A stretch of 64,000 nucleotides of DNA. Source: Hormiphora californensis (taxonomy: Eukaryota > Animalia > Ctenophora). The stretch covers positions 930,001 to 994,000 of the forward strand of contig CM035359.1 in NCBI GenBank assembly GCA_020137815.1, written 5' to 3'. The stretch's first letter is position 1. Each line of letters starts with the position of its first letter. The position numbers were made by a program, and so were the translations under genes. Below, in pieces: positions 1 through 12,859 of the stretch. The notes beneath the pieces were generated by a model that worked only from the letters and a program-made list of their open reading frames with translations, did not search any database and was not told where the DNA came from.

Positions 1-12
1 TAATCGTTTCAG

Positions 13-2520
13 GAAGTAGAGATAGAATATGGGGACCTAGGACAAGTAGCTCTGGGGCGACCCGGCCGATTATAGTCGAAGTGGTCTCTTTGTCTGTCCC
101 AAATTGGCTTCTGTTGTGCCTATGCAATCTTTATACCAACAAATATTGTGCAGTGCCTACCATCAATCAACTACCATATTTTATTGTGAGTATTCCTTGC
201 CTCTTACTAGACCCACTGTATTCTCTTTCTGATCTAACTAAACTGAAAGAAGCAAGAAAAAATTTCTGTATCTTTCTCACTCACACTCACAAACGTCACA
301 AAGGATATCCAAACAGACATCTTACTTATGTTTCCCATTTTAAACTTGCCTAGCTAGCTGTACGTGTGCCCGGCGAGCCCGCAACCCTTAAACAACATTC
401 ATCACTCTCTCGCTGTAATTCTCATGATCCTATACTCTTCCAGGCTTTTCCTTCTCCTGATGGATTCTACTAAATCTACTGCGTACTCTCAAGTCCCTCG
501 CGGTATTTTCTCTCATGGCTGATTTCGCTACTTTATTCGCTTATGTAGTCGTGTTCTGGTTTGATTTCGAGCACTTCGACATATTGAGTGAGTTATAAAG
601 TTAGCTGGTACAAGTGTTTAGTTGGCTTTTTGGAGCTATCATTAATCTTTGCCTTGATCGACCCTCCTTTAATAATAAAATAGTTTGAACAAAACAAATT
701 AATTTTAACATCCCCATCCCCCATTATAGGAAGGGACTACGGGAGGAATCTCTTGCTAATTTACCGTTCTTCCTTGGTATCAGTATATACTGTTTTGAGG
801 GCGCTGGAATGATTCTCTCTCTAGAAGGATCCGTTACTGGATCTCTTAGAAAATCATTCAAACAGATCTTCAGTAAAGCGTGAGTTTTAATCACACTAGC
901 GCCTAGTAGTTTCTATTTCTGCTCTAGTCACCATTTCTCATTCCTTTATCTTAGTTAACTTCTAATACCTAAAAGGGGGGATTATTTATCATTTCTAACT
1001 GTAAATATATTCTCGTTCAGTATTCTGGTGTTAACAGCGTTATACATAACATTTGGGGTGTGCGGGTACATGTCACTTTGGTCCACACTACAGAGCAGAT
1101 AATCACACTAAACCTACCTACTGGTGTTGTTCCCAATATTGTGAGATTGTGTCTCAGTTTCAGTCTCTTCTTTACCTTCCCAGGTACAGGAATGAGTTGG
1201 TAATAATCAGCGGTGTTTGATTGCCAAGCTAGACTGTTTTACAGGCTACAGTGTCCACCACACCGCGAGCAGCCGCTGTGTTCCTAGTTTCATGTCAGGC
1301 CAAAAGACTCCCCCTAACCACTATTACTTTTCAGTTATGATGTTCCCAGTAGTTAAACTATTAGATAAGAAGTTAGCTTTGAAAGACAACAGAGTCAAAT
1401 CGGTTAGTTCCAAATATCAGAAATGCAGCCTTGCAATTACACCACCCCGTTCCCCAGGGCCCACGACTTTGCATTGATTTTTTAATGGAATGCGGTTTTT
1501 GAACTGAATTTTGTCTAACAAAGCTTCCTCTCTCCTTCAGAATTGTATGCGAGTCTGCTTGGTCCTCCTCACCTATGTAGTAATATCGGTTGTCCCTAAT
1601 TTCTCGCTCCTGATGGCATTTGTTGGGGGGACTTGTTGTACTTTACTGGGATTCATTCTTCCCGCTCTTTTCCATCTTACTATCTTTAAAGAGTGAGTTA
1701 AATGTTAACATTGGTAATGTTAATTGATATTGGCATGGTTAACATTATGATTAACTGTAATATTGTTAACACCCCCTCCCCCTTGTTCAGTTCACTGACA
1801 CAAACGGAAAAGATATGGGAAATCATTATTCTATCCATTGGGATATTAGGGTGAGTTGATGGAGAGAATCCCAATCCCCTGTCTTTAAATCCCCCCACCC
1901 ATTGTTGGATATATATGATATTATGATAGTGTGACTTCTACAGCTACATACCTCCCTCTCCTGGCCTTGTTTGACGCCCTACTCACCAATCCCTCCCTCT
2001 CCTGGCCTTGTTTGACGCCCTACTCACCAACCCCCTCCCTCTCCTGGCCTTGTTTGACGCCCTACTCACCAACCCCCTCCCTCTCCTGGCCTTGTTTGAC
2101 GCCCTACTCAGTACTCACCAACCCCCTCCCTCTCTTGGCCTGTTTTGACGCCCCTATCACTCAACTCCCTCTCCTGGCCTTGTTTGACGCCCTACTCAGT
2201 ACTCACCAACCCCCTCCCTCTCTTGGCCTTGTTTGACGCCCTACTCACCAACTCCCTCTCCTGGCCTTGTTTGACGCCCTACTCAGTACTCACCAACCCC
2301 CTCCCTCTCCTGGCCTTGTTTGACGCCCTACTCACCAACCCCCTCCCTCTCCTGGCCTTGTTTGACGCCCTATTTCACCAACCCCATCTCTCTCCTGACC
2401 TTGTTTGACCCCATATTCACCGACCCTCTCCCCAGGTCCATTATAAGCACAACAGATGCGCTGGAGCGAATGCTTGGTTTTGTCGAGGAGGATTATATTG
2501 AGGAGGTACCGGGCGTTTGA
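13..2520 (+). CDS. SLC36/Aa_trans (proton-coupled amino acid transporter-like), middle and C-terminal exons, copy A; contains indel errors
   Basis: Exons translate to EVEIEYGDLGQVALGRPGR.IVEV..CLSQIGFCCAYAIFI, ESLANLPFFLGISIYCFEGAGMILSLEGS, VMMFPVVKLLDK, NCMRVCLVLLTYVVISVVPNFSLLMAFVGGTCCTLLGFILPALFHL, ending ..EEVPGV* at 2520; typical Aa_trans motifs. The 5' exons for this copy are not in the window. Confidence 0.85.
1950..2410. repeat. Minisatellite, ~39-47 bp unit CCCTCCCTCTCCTGGCCTTGTTTGACGCCCTACTCACCAA, in the last SLC36 intron
   Basis: About 11 tandem copies visible. Confidence 0.95.
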
Positions 2521-2529
2521 ACCTTGTGT

Positions 2530-2590
2530 GTCTCATCCGGGCCCCGTAATCCGCTGCTGCTTAGCAGCGATTACGGGGCCCGGATGAGAC
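2530..2590. repeat. GC-rich ~60 bp near-perfect palindrome just after the SLC36 stop, part of a MITE-like block to ~2800
   Basis: GTCTCATCCGGGCCCCGTAATC-CGCTGCT..AGCAGCG-ATTACGGGGCCCGGATGAGAC. Confidence 0.8.
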
Positions 2591-3880
2591 GCCCGTACCA
2601 GTCGCCCGTACCAGTCGGCCCCGTACATTTGCTTTGCGCATTACGTTTCACCCACTTTCACCACAACAAAACACATGTGCGTAACGCGGCATGTACCTTA
2701 TTTGGTTGAAAGGCAATGAAACTAATGCGCAAAGCAATTACGGCGACTGGTACGGGGCGATCTATTACGGGGCGATCCTATTCGAGCCCCCGTAATCCCC
2801 GGTTTTAATAACAGAGATGCTTTTTTTTGGTACTGGTACGAGTGTGGTGTTACCAAATGATTTATGTTAAGACTAATAAGAACTCTAGAAATATGTAATA
2901 AACTTCAAGTGTTCGTTATATTATGTATAGTCTATTGTCGACTTCGAGAGTCCTAGCTATCGAGTATTGCTATCAGTGTCAACGTGCAAGTGAGAGTGGG
3001 TGAGAGGAAAGAAATAGGGAGGGGAGAGTGGGAGCGAGAGAGAGAGAAGAGACGTGAGAGAGAGAGAGACCCTGACGGAGAGAATGAGATCGAGAGAGAG
3101 AGAGGTGCCGAGGGGGGGGGAAGGGAGGGTAGAGAGCAGTCGAGAGATAAACTGAACATTTATTTGAATTTTGAGCTGTCATTCACTGAATTTGTCATTG
3201 TTTGTTGTGGAAATAATCATATCATTACCGACAAATTATAAAACTCCTCAAAATATCTGTTTTAGATTTGTACTGGCGTGTCCGTCAGGGGTTGTCTAGG
3301 AATAAAAATATCACACTGGTCTGGCAAAGACCACGTAGATTTTTGGACGCGCTAAATATCCCCGCGCATTAAATAAATTTCACACGCGCGCGCAATAAAA
3401 CTTCTGATAATTATTAACTTTTTGTCCTGATCTTCTGAAATCTTTTATTTGGAATGCGCTGCAGCCCCTTGGCTTGGCATGCGCTGCAGACCCCAAGTGC
3501 GCGCGTTTTCCACGTAGCATAGGCCAATGCAGCCCCCTCATGCGCGCCTGCAACGTATGCCAACTGAAATCTCGAGTTTCCACCCCACGTGTTTTGGGTA
3601 AAACCTGTTTTCTGTCGCTGTTTAGGAAACAATCGAGTGCATTCTTCATCTTACTATATTAAATACAGGTTGTAGGACGGGATTTTTACGTACAAATGGA
3701 GGGGTTCCGGGTTGTTGTTTTTATGGTTGTGTGGGAATAAAGGGAGGTTTGGTGGAGACTGGACGTGGGACACTGTCACTGGACACGAGATCGGTGGATA
3801 CTAACAACGTGCGCAATTGACTGGGTTTGGTCTGTCCTTCCTACTGATACGGTGGTTTTGAGTTCTACTTCTAGCACCTA

Positions 3881-6400
3881 ATGGGGGCATCCCGGGCAGG
3901 GAATGAAGTTTTCTCTAGATTTGCGATCGGAACGACGGAACAATCACCTCAGTCAGTTTCTAAAATTAGTTTCTAGTTATGATTAATACAACACCTTACT
4001 TAACCTTGCGCCATTCTTCTTTCCAGGATGAACTAGAAAATGAAAAACGGTCCATCCATGGAGTATGGTTAAACTCAACACGTCCACAACACCACAACAG
4101 TCCCCTCCACCTTTCAGAGGTAACCCAATATAATAACCCATCCAGGATTACACGAGACTCGTTAAACAAGCAGATTTAAACACATACACACGTCCTTAAA
4201 ATATACAGCATATCACTCTAATTATAGTTGTGTGATGCTCATTAGCTTTATACCTTGCTTACGTCCCTAGATTTTGAAGAAGTGATTACGTTACTGTAAA
4301 GACAGACGAGGTCCGAACGTCTACCAGTGCCTTATGTAAAGTTACCCGCACAAGTGGTCCTACAAGGATCCTAGCTGCAACTCCTTCCGGGGATGGGGTA
4401 TGTCTCCTCTGATTAAATCTAGTCGACAGGTTAAATTCCCCTTATATTGTCTATTTGTTTTCCAGACATTATAGCTGATTATTTCAGTCAGGCATGTCAT
4501 TGTCTTGATGTTATTTATGCTTAATAAGGCATTCTATATACAATATAATATACAGTCCAGAATAAAGGTAAATGGGTTATCGGGGGGTTAGAACTTCAAG
4601 TTGAAGACGTATATAAGGGAATATAATTACCGCTAAAACACGTGTAGGATAGGGAATGCTGCATAATAATTTGGTATGGAGAATAATATTCATACAAACC
4701 TACACTCATCATTTAAACTGCCCATCCCTTTCTCCTCCTGCAAGTCTGTTCCCTCATTCATTACACACGCGAATTGCGTGCGTTGTGATTGTGAAATTAA
4801 ATTGAAACAATGAAAAGAAATATATGGCATATTGGATATATTACAGGAACCGACCGACACAAGTAAACAACCAATCAGAACTTCGTTATTTAGGATCACG
4901 TGACTGGTATCAGCCAATCAGGGACCAGTATTTCCTGATTCGGTGTCCTGGTATACTACATCCAGTGAATGGGTTGTGGTGCCTTGTTCGACCATCTCTC
5001 TCCTCACAAAAGGAGGTAGGCTGGGGTGAAGGACCTCACATTACATTAGCGCAGAGGGTAGGGAGATACCCGCATTAGTGAAGGATCACTGATTGAACTC
5101 TCAGAAATAACACTGGAATAAAACACTATGATTCCCTATGAGTCACCTGACGAGTAATCTTCAGTAACTTCATGATGTCATCACGTGACTAGTGAGTCAG
5201 TAACCGACCTAATCAGGACATACTGGGCCCTGAGTTGGCTTGATACCAGTTCACGTGACCTAAATAACGGAGTTCGAATTGTTGTTACTTGTTTTGGTCG
5301 GTTCCTACAGTGAGTGATCATATCAAGATATTATCAGTTTTGTTGCTCACGCTCGCTTTGAGGCACCATTTTCAATCGATCATGTTTGTAAACTTGAAAT
5401 TCTACTACGGAGATGGGTATGTGTGTCTGGTTCTCAGTTTGGCTCCAAACGGGGGGTCCATGTGAACATGCCAGCAACGCGGACTTCCAGAGGTTAGAGA
5501 CATCAATCATATCTACACTACGGCGTGCTGCAGGTACTCTGAACCCAACAAAGAGGGAGGTGAGTTTGATCCGAAAAAGTTGACAAGCAATTACCTGAAC
5601 AGCCTAGACACACCCAAAAAGCTGAAGTTGATTGCTGATATGGCAGGCCTTCTCTGGTACCGATCCTTGCCCCTATCTCGACTAGGTAGGAAGCAGTTAT
5701 CTGGAGAGATAAAAGAGGAGAAAAAATCCGACATCAATTCCCGATCAAATGAGAATATGGAAGTTGACTTTCAGGTCCTTGATGACTTGAAGACCACCCG
5801 AGACCGTCTGACGAGCTACCAGGAGTGAGTGTTGGAGCGGGATCGGAAATCTCACTCTGTCAGGACGAGGTGAGTGCACCGAAGGACTCCATCCTCTTCC
5901 ATGAAGGATGCTTGTTGGAGAAGAGTGATAAACGCTGTTCAGATGTAGTGAGGAGAGATTCAGAGCTACTCTTCTGTCTTGAGAAACCGTCGCCACAGCA
6001 GTCAAAGAGAGCTGTGTGCTGGCAACTGGCCCCCAGTAAGATCGGTCTGCCATCACTAGTGCACACAGGGATCGTTTCCGAGAATTGATAGTTTATGGAC
6101 TGGCCAGAACGCGAATGCACCGACCATGACACAGCATAAAGGACCTTCTTCAGCACTCTTGATAGAGCTACCAGTTGTTTGACAGTTTGAGAGTCTTGGG
6201 AGGAGTGGGCGACAATACACCTCGCTAGGTAGTGATGAGGACCAGAGCGGGGCAGACAGTTCTGGTAAATTCTGCTCAGCTGCAAAGACTCAGACTCTTA
6301 TCAGAACAGTTATAGTGTGCTCCAGACAAGGACTGTTGAGGAGCGAGCTGAACGTAGAGTTTAGTAGCGAGAGTAGAGAGAGAAGGGAAGTGAACCAGAG
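3881..6400 (+). CDS. Unknown multi-exon gene in low-quality sequence, weakly resembling TAF1A (Pol I SL1 subunit)
   Basis: Exon-like blocks at ~4026-4119, ~4271-4397, ~4466-4510 and a long frameshifted block ~5480-6300 (KKLKLIADMAGLLWYRS; CWQLAPS; RTFFSTLDRATSC..ESWEEWA). Family assignment is by eye only. Confidence 0.35.
4843..4949 (+). mobile_element. ~105 bp MITE-like element (TIR CAGGAACCGACCGA; internal CCAAT-CACGTG-CCAAT); other copies ~5201-5306, 21792-21876, 35812-35880, 52712-52790, 58102-58148
   Basis: Shared core AACAACCAATCAGAACTCGTTATTTAGGTCACGTGACTGGTTATCAGCCAATCAGGGACCAG in six places, in both orientations. Confidence 0.85.
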
Positions 6401-6495
6401 GAAGATTTGGCGAATAGAAGGGGTCAGTTTGCAAGTGAGACCAGGAAGAGGAGATTTTGAGGGAGGAGATGAGGAGAGAGAGAGAGACGTTACGA

Positions 6496-6530
<35 letters not shown>

Positions 6531-7285
6531 TGAGAAAAGACAAAAAAGAGAGAGAGATAGAGGAGGAGACGAGAGAGAGAGAATACTTTGCTAGCAGAGA
6601 GAGAGGAGAGACGAAGACTGGAAGAGACGAGAAGAGAAGTAGGAGAGTAGCAGACGAGAGCGAGTGAGGAGAGTAGAGAGAGATTGTATTTTAGATATTT
6701 AATGTCTATATTTTGCTTTCACGTTTTTCAGTTTGTAGGGACGCAGTGGGGACAGGAGGGGGTAGCATGTTCAAAAAGCACACACAAGACCTTACCGTCT
6801 CGTGCTAGCGACCCGTGTTACCCACCCTGATGCCTCACTTAGTTTGGTCGTGTGGCATGGTTGCCTTAAAGTTATATGTTTATTCGCGAGCAATGCCACT
6901 TGCCAGCGGCAGTTTGAATGAATGAATGAATGAATATCTCCACTCACTAACAGATCGGTGCTAATTTAATGTCTTTTAAGTGACCAGGTTATTATCGTGA
7001 GAGCTAAGAAGAATATGCTTGCTGCAAGGTGTGTGAATTTACAATGGCGTTTTTTTTATGTGAATATCGTTAATTCTTGAATAATGATATGAAGTATGAA
7101 TTTAGGAGAGGAGGAATGTATTATTTTTAAGTTCAGATTACAGAGGATGGGCCATTGGGATGGGAACTGGCGAGTGGGCACCGACGATAAGAAGTATAAC
7201 AGAGTAAATAAGTCCTTTCTATAAACACAAAAAACAGGTTCATTTACGGATCAAAGCTTCAACAGAACTCTCCCCATACTGATCG

Positions 7286-7385
7286 NNNNNNNNNNNNNNN
7301 NNNNNNNNNNNNNNNNNNNNNNNNNNNNNNNNNNNNNNNNNNNNNNNNNNNNNNNNNNNNNNNNNNNNNNNNNNNNNNNNNNNNN
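7286..7385. other. Assembly gap (100 N)
   Basis: Run of n characters. Confidence 1.
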
Positions 7386-7502
7386 CTCACTCATCTCTAC
7401 TCTCTCTCATCCGATCTCGATCCTCTCTCCTCTCTCTCTATCTCCCTCTCTCTCTCTCACACTCTCTATCTGCATCCTAAAAAGGCCCCCCCCCCCCCCC
7501 AG

Positions 7503-8191
7503 TCACAGCATCAAGGCGATGTTTGGTTATCGACTGCAAGGATAATGGTGCTAAGTAAATCTGCTGATGTTGAAAAGCCTACTGCAGGAAATCGAGTGAA
7601 AACAGGATGTTTTTGGTGATATCACTGGGGAGGCGAGGGGGTTTTGACATAGTACGGAGATTGAAAATATCTATGTTAGTTAATCCGGGTAATTAAAGAG
7701 TACGAACATATATGGACACGTGTTAAAGATTGAACGACTACTATTATAACACTCGTGTTCAACCACTGTCCACCGGATACAAACCGCATAACTTCTTTGG
7801 ATGAGAAGCTTTTAACATTGTCTGAAACAATAACTCCAGGTAAAACTCGTTCTCTTTAACCCAATAAGCCTGGTGCGGTGCTTGCAGTATGAACTTAGAA
7901 AATAGAAAGTAAGAGTCTAAATTTTAAGACTATCTGAACTAAACTCTATAGCTATACACCGTTGAACATTGGATCTGTTGTGAAAGCTTCTTGATGTGAC
8001 ATAGGATTGTAACTCTGAACGAATGTAGGTCTCTACTCTCAGGAAACTGGCAGGGAAAAGTTGATCTTGGATCTTAAAAGGAAAATGGGAAGAGTCGAGC
8101 ATAGAGAGAGCTTCTATCTTCTCATCTCTCTATCCCTTCTCTCTCTCTATCTCTCTCTCTCTCTTCGTCTCTCTTCTCTCTCTGCTCTCTC

Positions 8192-8273
<82 letters not shown>

Positions 8274-10590
8274 TCTCCCTCTCTCCGGATGTGTGGGGCA
8301 AAGCCCACCTTGAGAGTGGATATAATACTTGTTCACTGAGCACCAATACTTCGTCGGTGGTGCAAGCCCTTTCTAACGTGATCGGTAGGGCGCGGTGAGA
8401 CTATGATGATGAAGAGTATAGACGCCGCGAGACATGCTTGCCGCGCGATCTTGCAGTGACTTGTCAAAAACTCATCAATTTGCTGATCAATCATGATCAT
8501 GTTGACCGACGGACCCGTGATGTTGTTTGCCTTGCCCCTGTTTCAGCAAAACATGATATTATTCAAACTTTCATTAATTAGTTAATCGTTTCAGGAAGTA
8601 GAGATAGAATATGGGGACCTAGGACAAGTAGCTCTGGGGCGACCCGGCCGATTAATAGTCGAAGTGGCTCTTTGTCTGTCCCAAATTGGCTTCTGTTGTG
8701 CCTATGCAATCTTTATACCAACAAATATTGTGCAGTGCCTACCATCAATCAACTACCATATTTTATTGTGAGTATTCCTTGCCTCTTACTAGACCCACTG
8801 TATTCTCTTTCTGATCTAACTAAACTGAAAGAAGCAAGAAAAAATTTCTGTATCTTTCTCACTCACACTCACAAACGTCACAAATGGATATCCAAACAGA
8901 TCACTCTTACCTGTTTTCCCATTTTAAACTTGCCTAGCTAGCCTGTGTTTCGTGCGCCCCGCCCGCGAAACACTTAAACAGCTTCTACACCTCTCTCGCT
9001 GTTAATTCTCATTTTGATCCTATACTTCCAGGCTTTTCCTTCTCCCTGGATGGATTCTACTAAATCTACTGCGTACTCTCAAGTCCCTCGCGGTATTTTC
9101 TCTCATGGCTGATTTCGCTACTTTATTCGCTTATGTAGTCGTGTTCTGGTTGATTTCGAGCACTTCGACAAGTAGTGAGTTATAAAGTTAGCTGGTTCAA
9201 GTGTTTAGTTGGCTTTTTGGAGCTATCATTAATCTTTGCCTTGATCGACCCTCCTTTAATAATAAAAAGAGTTTGAACAAAACAAATTAATTTTAACATC
9301 CCCATCCCCCATTATAGGAAGGGACTACGGGAGGAATCTCTTGCTAATTTACCGTTCTTCCTTGGTATCAGTATATACTGTTTTGAGGGCGCTGGAATGA
9401 TTCTCTCTCTAGAAGGATCCGTTACTGGATCTCTTAGAAAATCATTCAAACAGATCTTCAGTAAAGCGTGAGTTTTAATCACACTAGCGCCTAGTAGTTT
9501 CTATCATAGTCACCCATTTCTCATTCCTTTCTAGTTAACTTCTAAAACTAAAAGGGGGGAGGCTTAATTTATCATCTCTAACTGTAAATTATTCTCCTTC
9601 AGTATTCTGTATTAACAGCGTTTACATAACATTTGGCGGTGTGTGTACATGTCATTGTCACACTACAGAAGATATCCATAAACTACCAATACGTGTTCCC
9701 AGATATTGTGAGATTGTGTCTCAGTTCAGTCTCTTCTTTACCTCCCAGTTACGGAATGGAGAAAAAAACGATACTCTTTCTATCGTTTTAATTTTAGGCT
9801 ACCTTAAATAAGAATTTTCAGGTGCTCCGTGGTTGCAGAGGTCCCCTCTAGGTACAACCGGTGGTTTAGCTCGGCAGGCTGGGCGAGGTTGAACGTCCTT
9901 CAGGAGCACCGTGGTTGGTAATAATCCGCGGTGTTTGATTTCCAAGCTAGACTGTGTGACAGGCTACAATGTCCCCCACACCGCGAGCGGCCGCTGTGTT
10001 TTATGTCGGTTAAATTAAGCCAAAAGACTTCCTCTAACCACTATTTCTTTTCAGTTATGATGTTCCCAGTAGTTAAACTATTAGATAAGAAGTTAGCTTT
10101 GAAAGACAACAGAATCAAATCGGTTAGTTCCAAATATCAGAAATACTGCCTTGCAATTACAGCACACACCCCCCCCCCAGGGCCCTACGACTTTTCATTG
10201 ATTTTTCAATGGAAATGCGGTTTTTTAACTCAATTTTGTCTAACAAAGCTTCCTCTCTCTCTCCTTCAGAATTGTATGCGAGTCTGCCTGGTCCTCCTCA
10301 CCTATGTAGTAATATCGGTTGTCCCTAATTTCTCGCTCCTGATGGCATTTGTTGGGGGGACTTGTTGCACTTTACTGGGTTTCATTCTTCCCGCTCTTTT
10401 CCATCTTACTATCTTTAAAGAGTGAGTTAAATGTTAACATTGGTAATGTTATAATTAACACGGTTAACATTATGATTAACTGTAACCTATTGTAACTCGT
10501 TAACACCCTCCCCGGTGTCAGTCGCTCTGACACCAAAACGGAAGAATATGGGATTATCATTATTCTATCTAGTGGCGGATATTAGGTTGA
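7503..10590 (+). CDS. SLC36-like transporter, second partial copy B (noisy, lacks last exon)
   Basis: 8583-10680 aligns with 1-1930 with scattered indels; exon HSIKAMFLVIDCKDKVLSKSADVEKLLQESECKQ at ~7503-7605; extra ~170 bp intronic insert at ~9741-9912. Confidence 0.7.
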
Positions 10591-11146
10591 GTATGGAGAG
10601 AAGCCCAATTGCCCCCGGAATTAAATCACCCCCCCCCCCCCAACCGGCACCTCCCCCAACCACCCATTGTTGGTATATATGAATTATGATATTATGATGA
10701 TACAATCTATGACATCAAGAGCTTAAAAATATCCAAAAAACAAAAGATCCAAATTTCCAAGGGTAATAATTAAAGGGCTATAAAAAAGGGTTTTATGTCT
10801 AAGACTAGTCTATAAAATTATAGACTCTTACTTTCTCATTTTCTAGAAGTTTCATACTGCAAGTCACCGCACCAGGCTTATTGGGTTAGAAGAGAACGAG
10901 TTAACCTGGAGTTATTGTTTAAGATGCAAGTTAAAAGACTTCTCATCCAGAAGTTAGTATGCGAGTTTTATCCAGGTGGTACCAGGTGGTTGAACACGTA
11001 GTGTTATAATAGTAGTCGTTCAATCTTTAACACGTGTCATATATTGTTCGTACTTTTAAATTAACCGGATTAACTAACATAGATATTTCAAATCTCCGTA
11101 CTATGAAAAACCCCTCAGCCTCCCAGTGGATATCACCAAAACATAC

Positions 11147-11391
11147 CTGTTTGCACTCGGATTCCTGCAGTAGCTTTTCAACATCAGCAGATTTACTTAG
11201 CACCTTATCCTTGCAGTCGATAACCAGAAACATCGCCTTGATGCTGTGACGGGGGGGGGGGGGGCTTTTAGGATGCAGATAGAGAGGGAGAGAGAGAGGG
11301 AGAGGAGAGAGAGAGGAGAAGAGAAAAGAAGAAGGAGAAGGGGAGAGAGAGAGAGGATTGAGAGAGAGATGGAGACGCGTGAGAAGGTGTC

Positions 11392-11423
<32 letters not shown>

Positions 11424-12398
11424 AGAATTTGGGGAGGAAAAAAAAGGGGAGAGGGCCGTTTTAGGGGGAAGCTCCCGGGCGTCCCCATCGCGCGCCGTCG
11501 ACGGGGCGCAGCGGCGCTAAGCGGCGGCGCGCGCCGGGAAGAGCCGGGGCGAGCCGGGCGCATTTCTGCGGCGCTCCGGCCGTCGCGGCGCGGAAGCGGA
11601 ACGAGGCGAGCGGAGGGGGAAACAAAGGGGTTTAGTTCCGGCTACCCGGGAAACTGAGCTTTTAGTACGCAGAATGAAAGGGGGGGGGGGTGGAACGGAG
11701 GGGAGGATTGACAATGGGCTTTTAGGAGGCAGAGAGAGAAATGCACAAAGAGGTGGGGTCAAACCTGGACATATTATTACAATTAGAACTCCCTATGAAA
11801 CCATTAGTCTGGTTACCATGGTAACAAGATTAATGGTAATATGGTTACCATGGTAATAAGATATATGGTAATACGGTTACCATGGTAACAAGATATACCT
11901 TAGTAGTGAGACACATGCCAACACCACAGCTCCTTCAATAATACCAGCCTGAAAAAGAGAGAGAGATTGGTGTGAAGGAAATGTATACATGGAATGAAGG
12001 ATAAATACCTAACCCAGTAGTCGCCGACTACAAGTGTAATATATCTTTCATTGTGCTCTTCAGTCGGATTGTACCCATTACCCAACCTATATCTTTTATT
12101 TCGGTCGATCAACAAAGGAAATTGATGGAAGCTACAAACACCTCTGACGCCGTCGAGTTTAAAGACATGTAACCCGGGTTGAATAGTCTAGTTTGAAGAC
12201 CCTTCTTTCAGAGTGAAGTAGGGTCGGGCAAGGGTGGAATTAGGACAAGCTGCTAACCTGATTAATTAACATGATTAGATGATTAATTACCTCTTTGAAA
12301 GCATAAGGAAGGCCAAGTATTCCAGCTCCGATAAAGGTAATGAAGATATTTCCACAGAGTTTTAACTGGCTGTCTGTTGATCCTCCCCCTCCATCATG
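11147..12398 (-). CDS. SLC36-like transporter, N-terminal exons, on the opposite strand to the rest of the gene
   Basis: Minus-strand exons ~12398-12290 (MMEGEDQQTAS...IFITFIGAGILGLPYAFKE), ~11948-11899 (AGIIEGAVVLACVSLL) and ~11249-11147 (SIKAMFLVIDCKDK...). FIGAGILGLPYAF is the Aa_trans TM1 signature. Confidence 0.8.
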
Positions 12399-12859
12399 CA
12401 TACCTAATTAGTTAATTAGTTAATTAGTTAATTAGTTAATTAGTTAATTAATTGGGTAGTTGATATCTTTTGCAAATACCCACGATACACGGGATATGTA
12501 AGCTGTTGTTGTCGGTAAAAAGGGATTGAGGAATGTGTAAGCACTAAGCGGCAAGTAATTATAACTCGCTAAGATCTAACATGTGTTAAATAAAACCTGG
12601 ACAATTTATGCTGTTTAAAAAAATTCGGTAGCTTAACATTTTTTCCCCGCCTGGGTGAATCAAGTTTTATTACGGGATAATGCAGACTGCAGTGGTTTTC
12701 AACAGTATGAAAAGGAGACACTGCAGACTGCAATGAGTGCACCCAGCTACAAGTAATAATAAAAGATAAAAATACTAAATCGTGTTTATTATGTTTAGTG
12801 CTTGTTTAGTGGGCGAGAAGTGCAGAGACAACAAAAAAGAGTTGGAGGTTTAGTAGGGT

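Noticed and set aside
5860-6285. 141 aa minus-strand ORF as a gene
   Set aside because: No recognisable motif; splice signals and composition favour the plus strand.
11455-11660. GC-rich island (CpG island or foreign/vector DNA)
   Set aside because: Directly follows a garbled GA tract in the low-quality block and has no convincing match that I can identify; probably base-calling noise.
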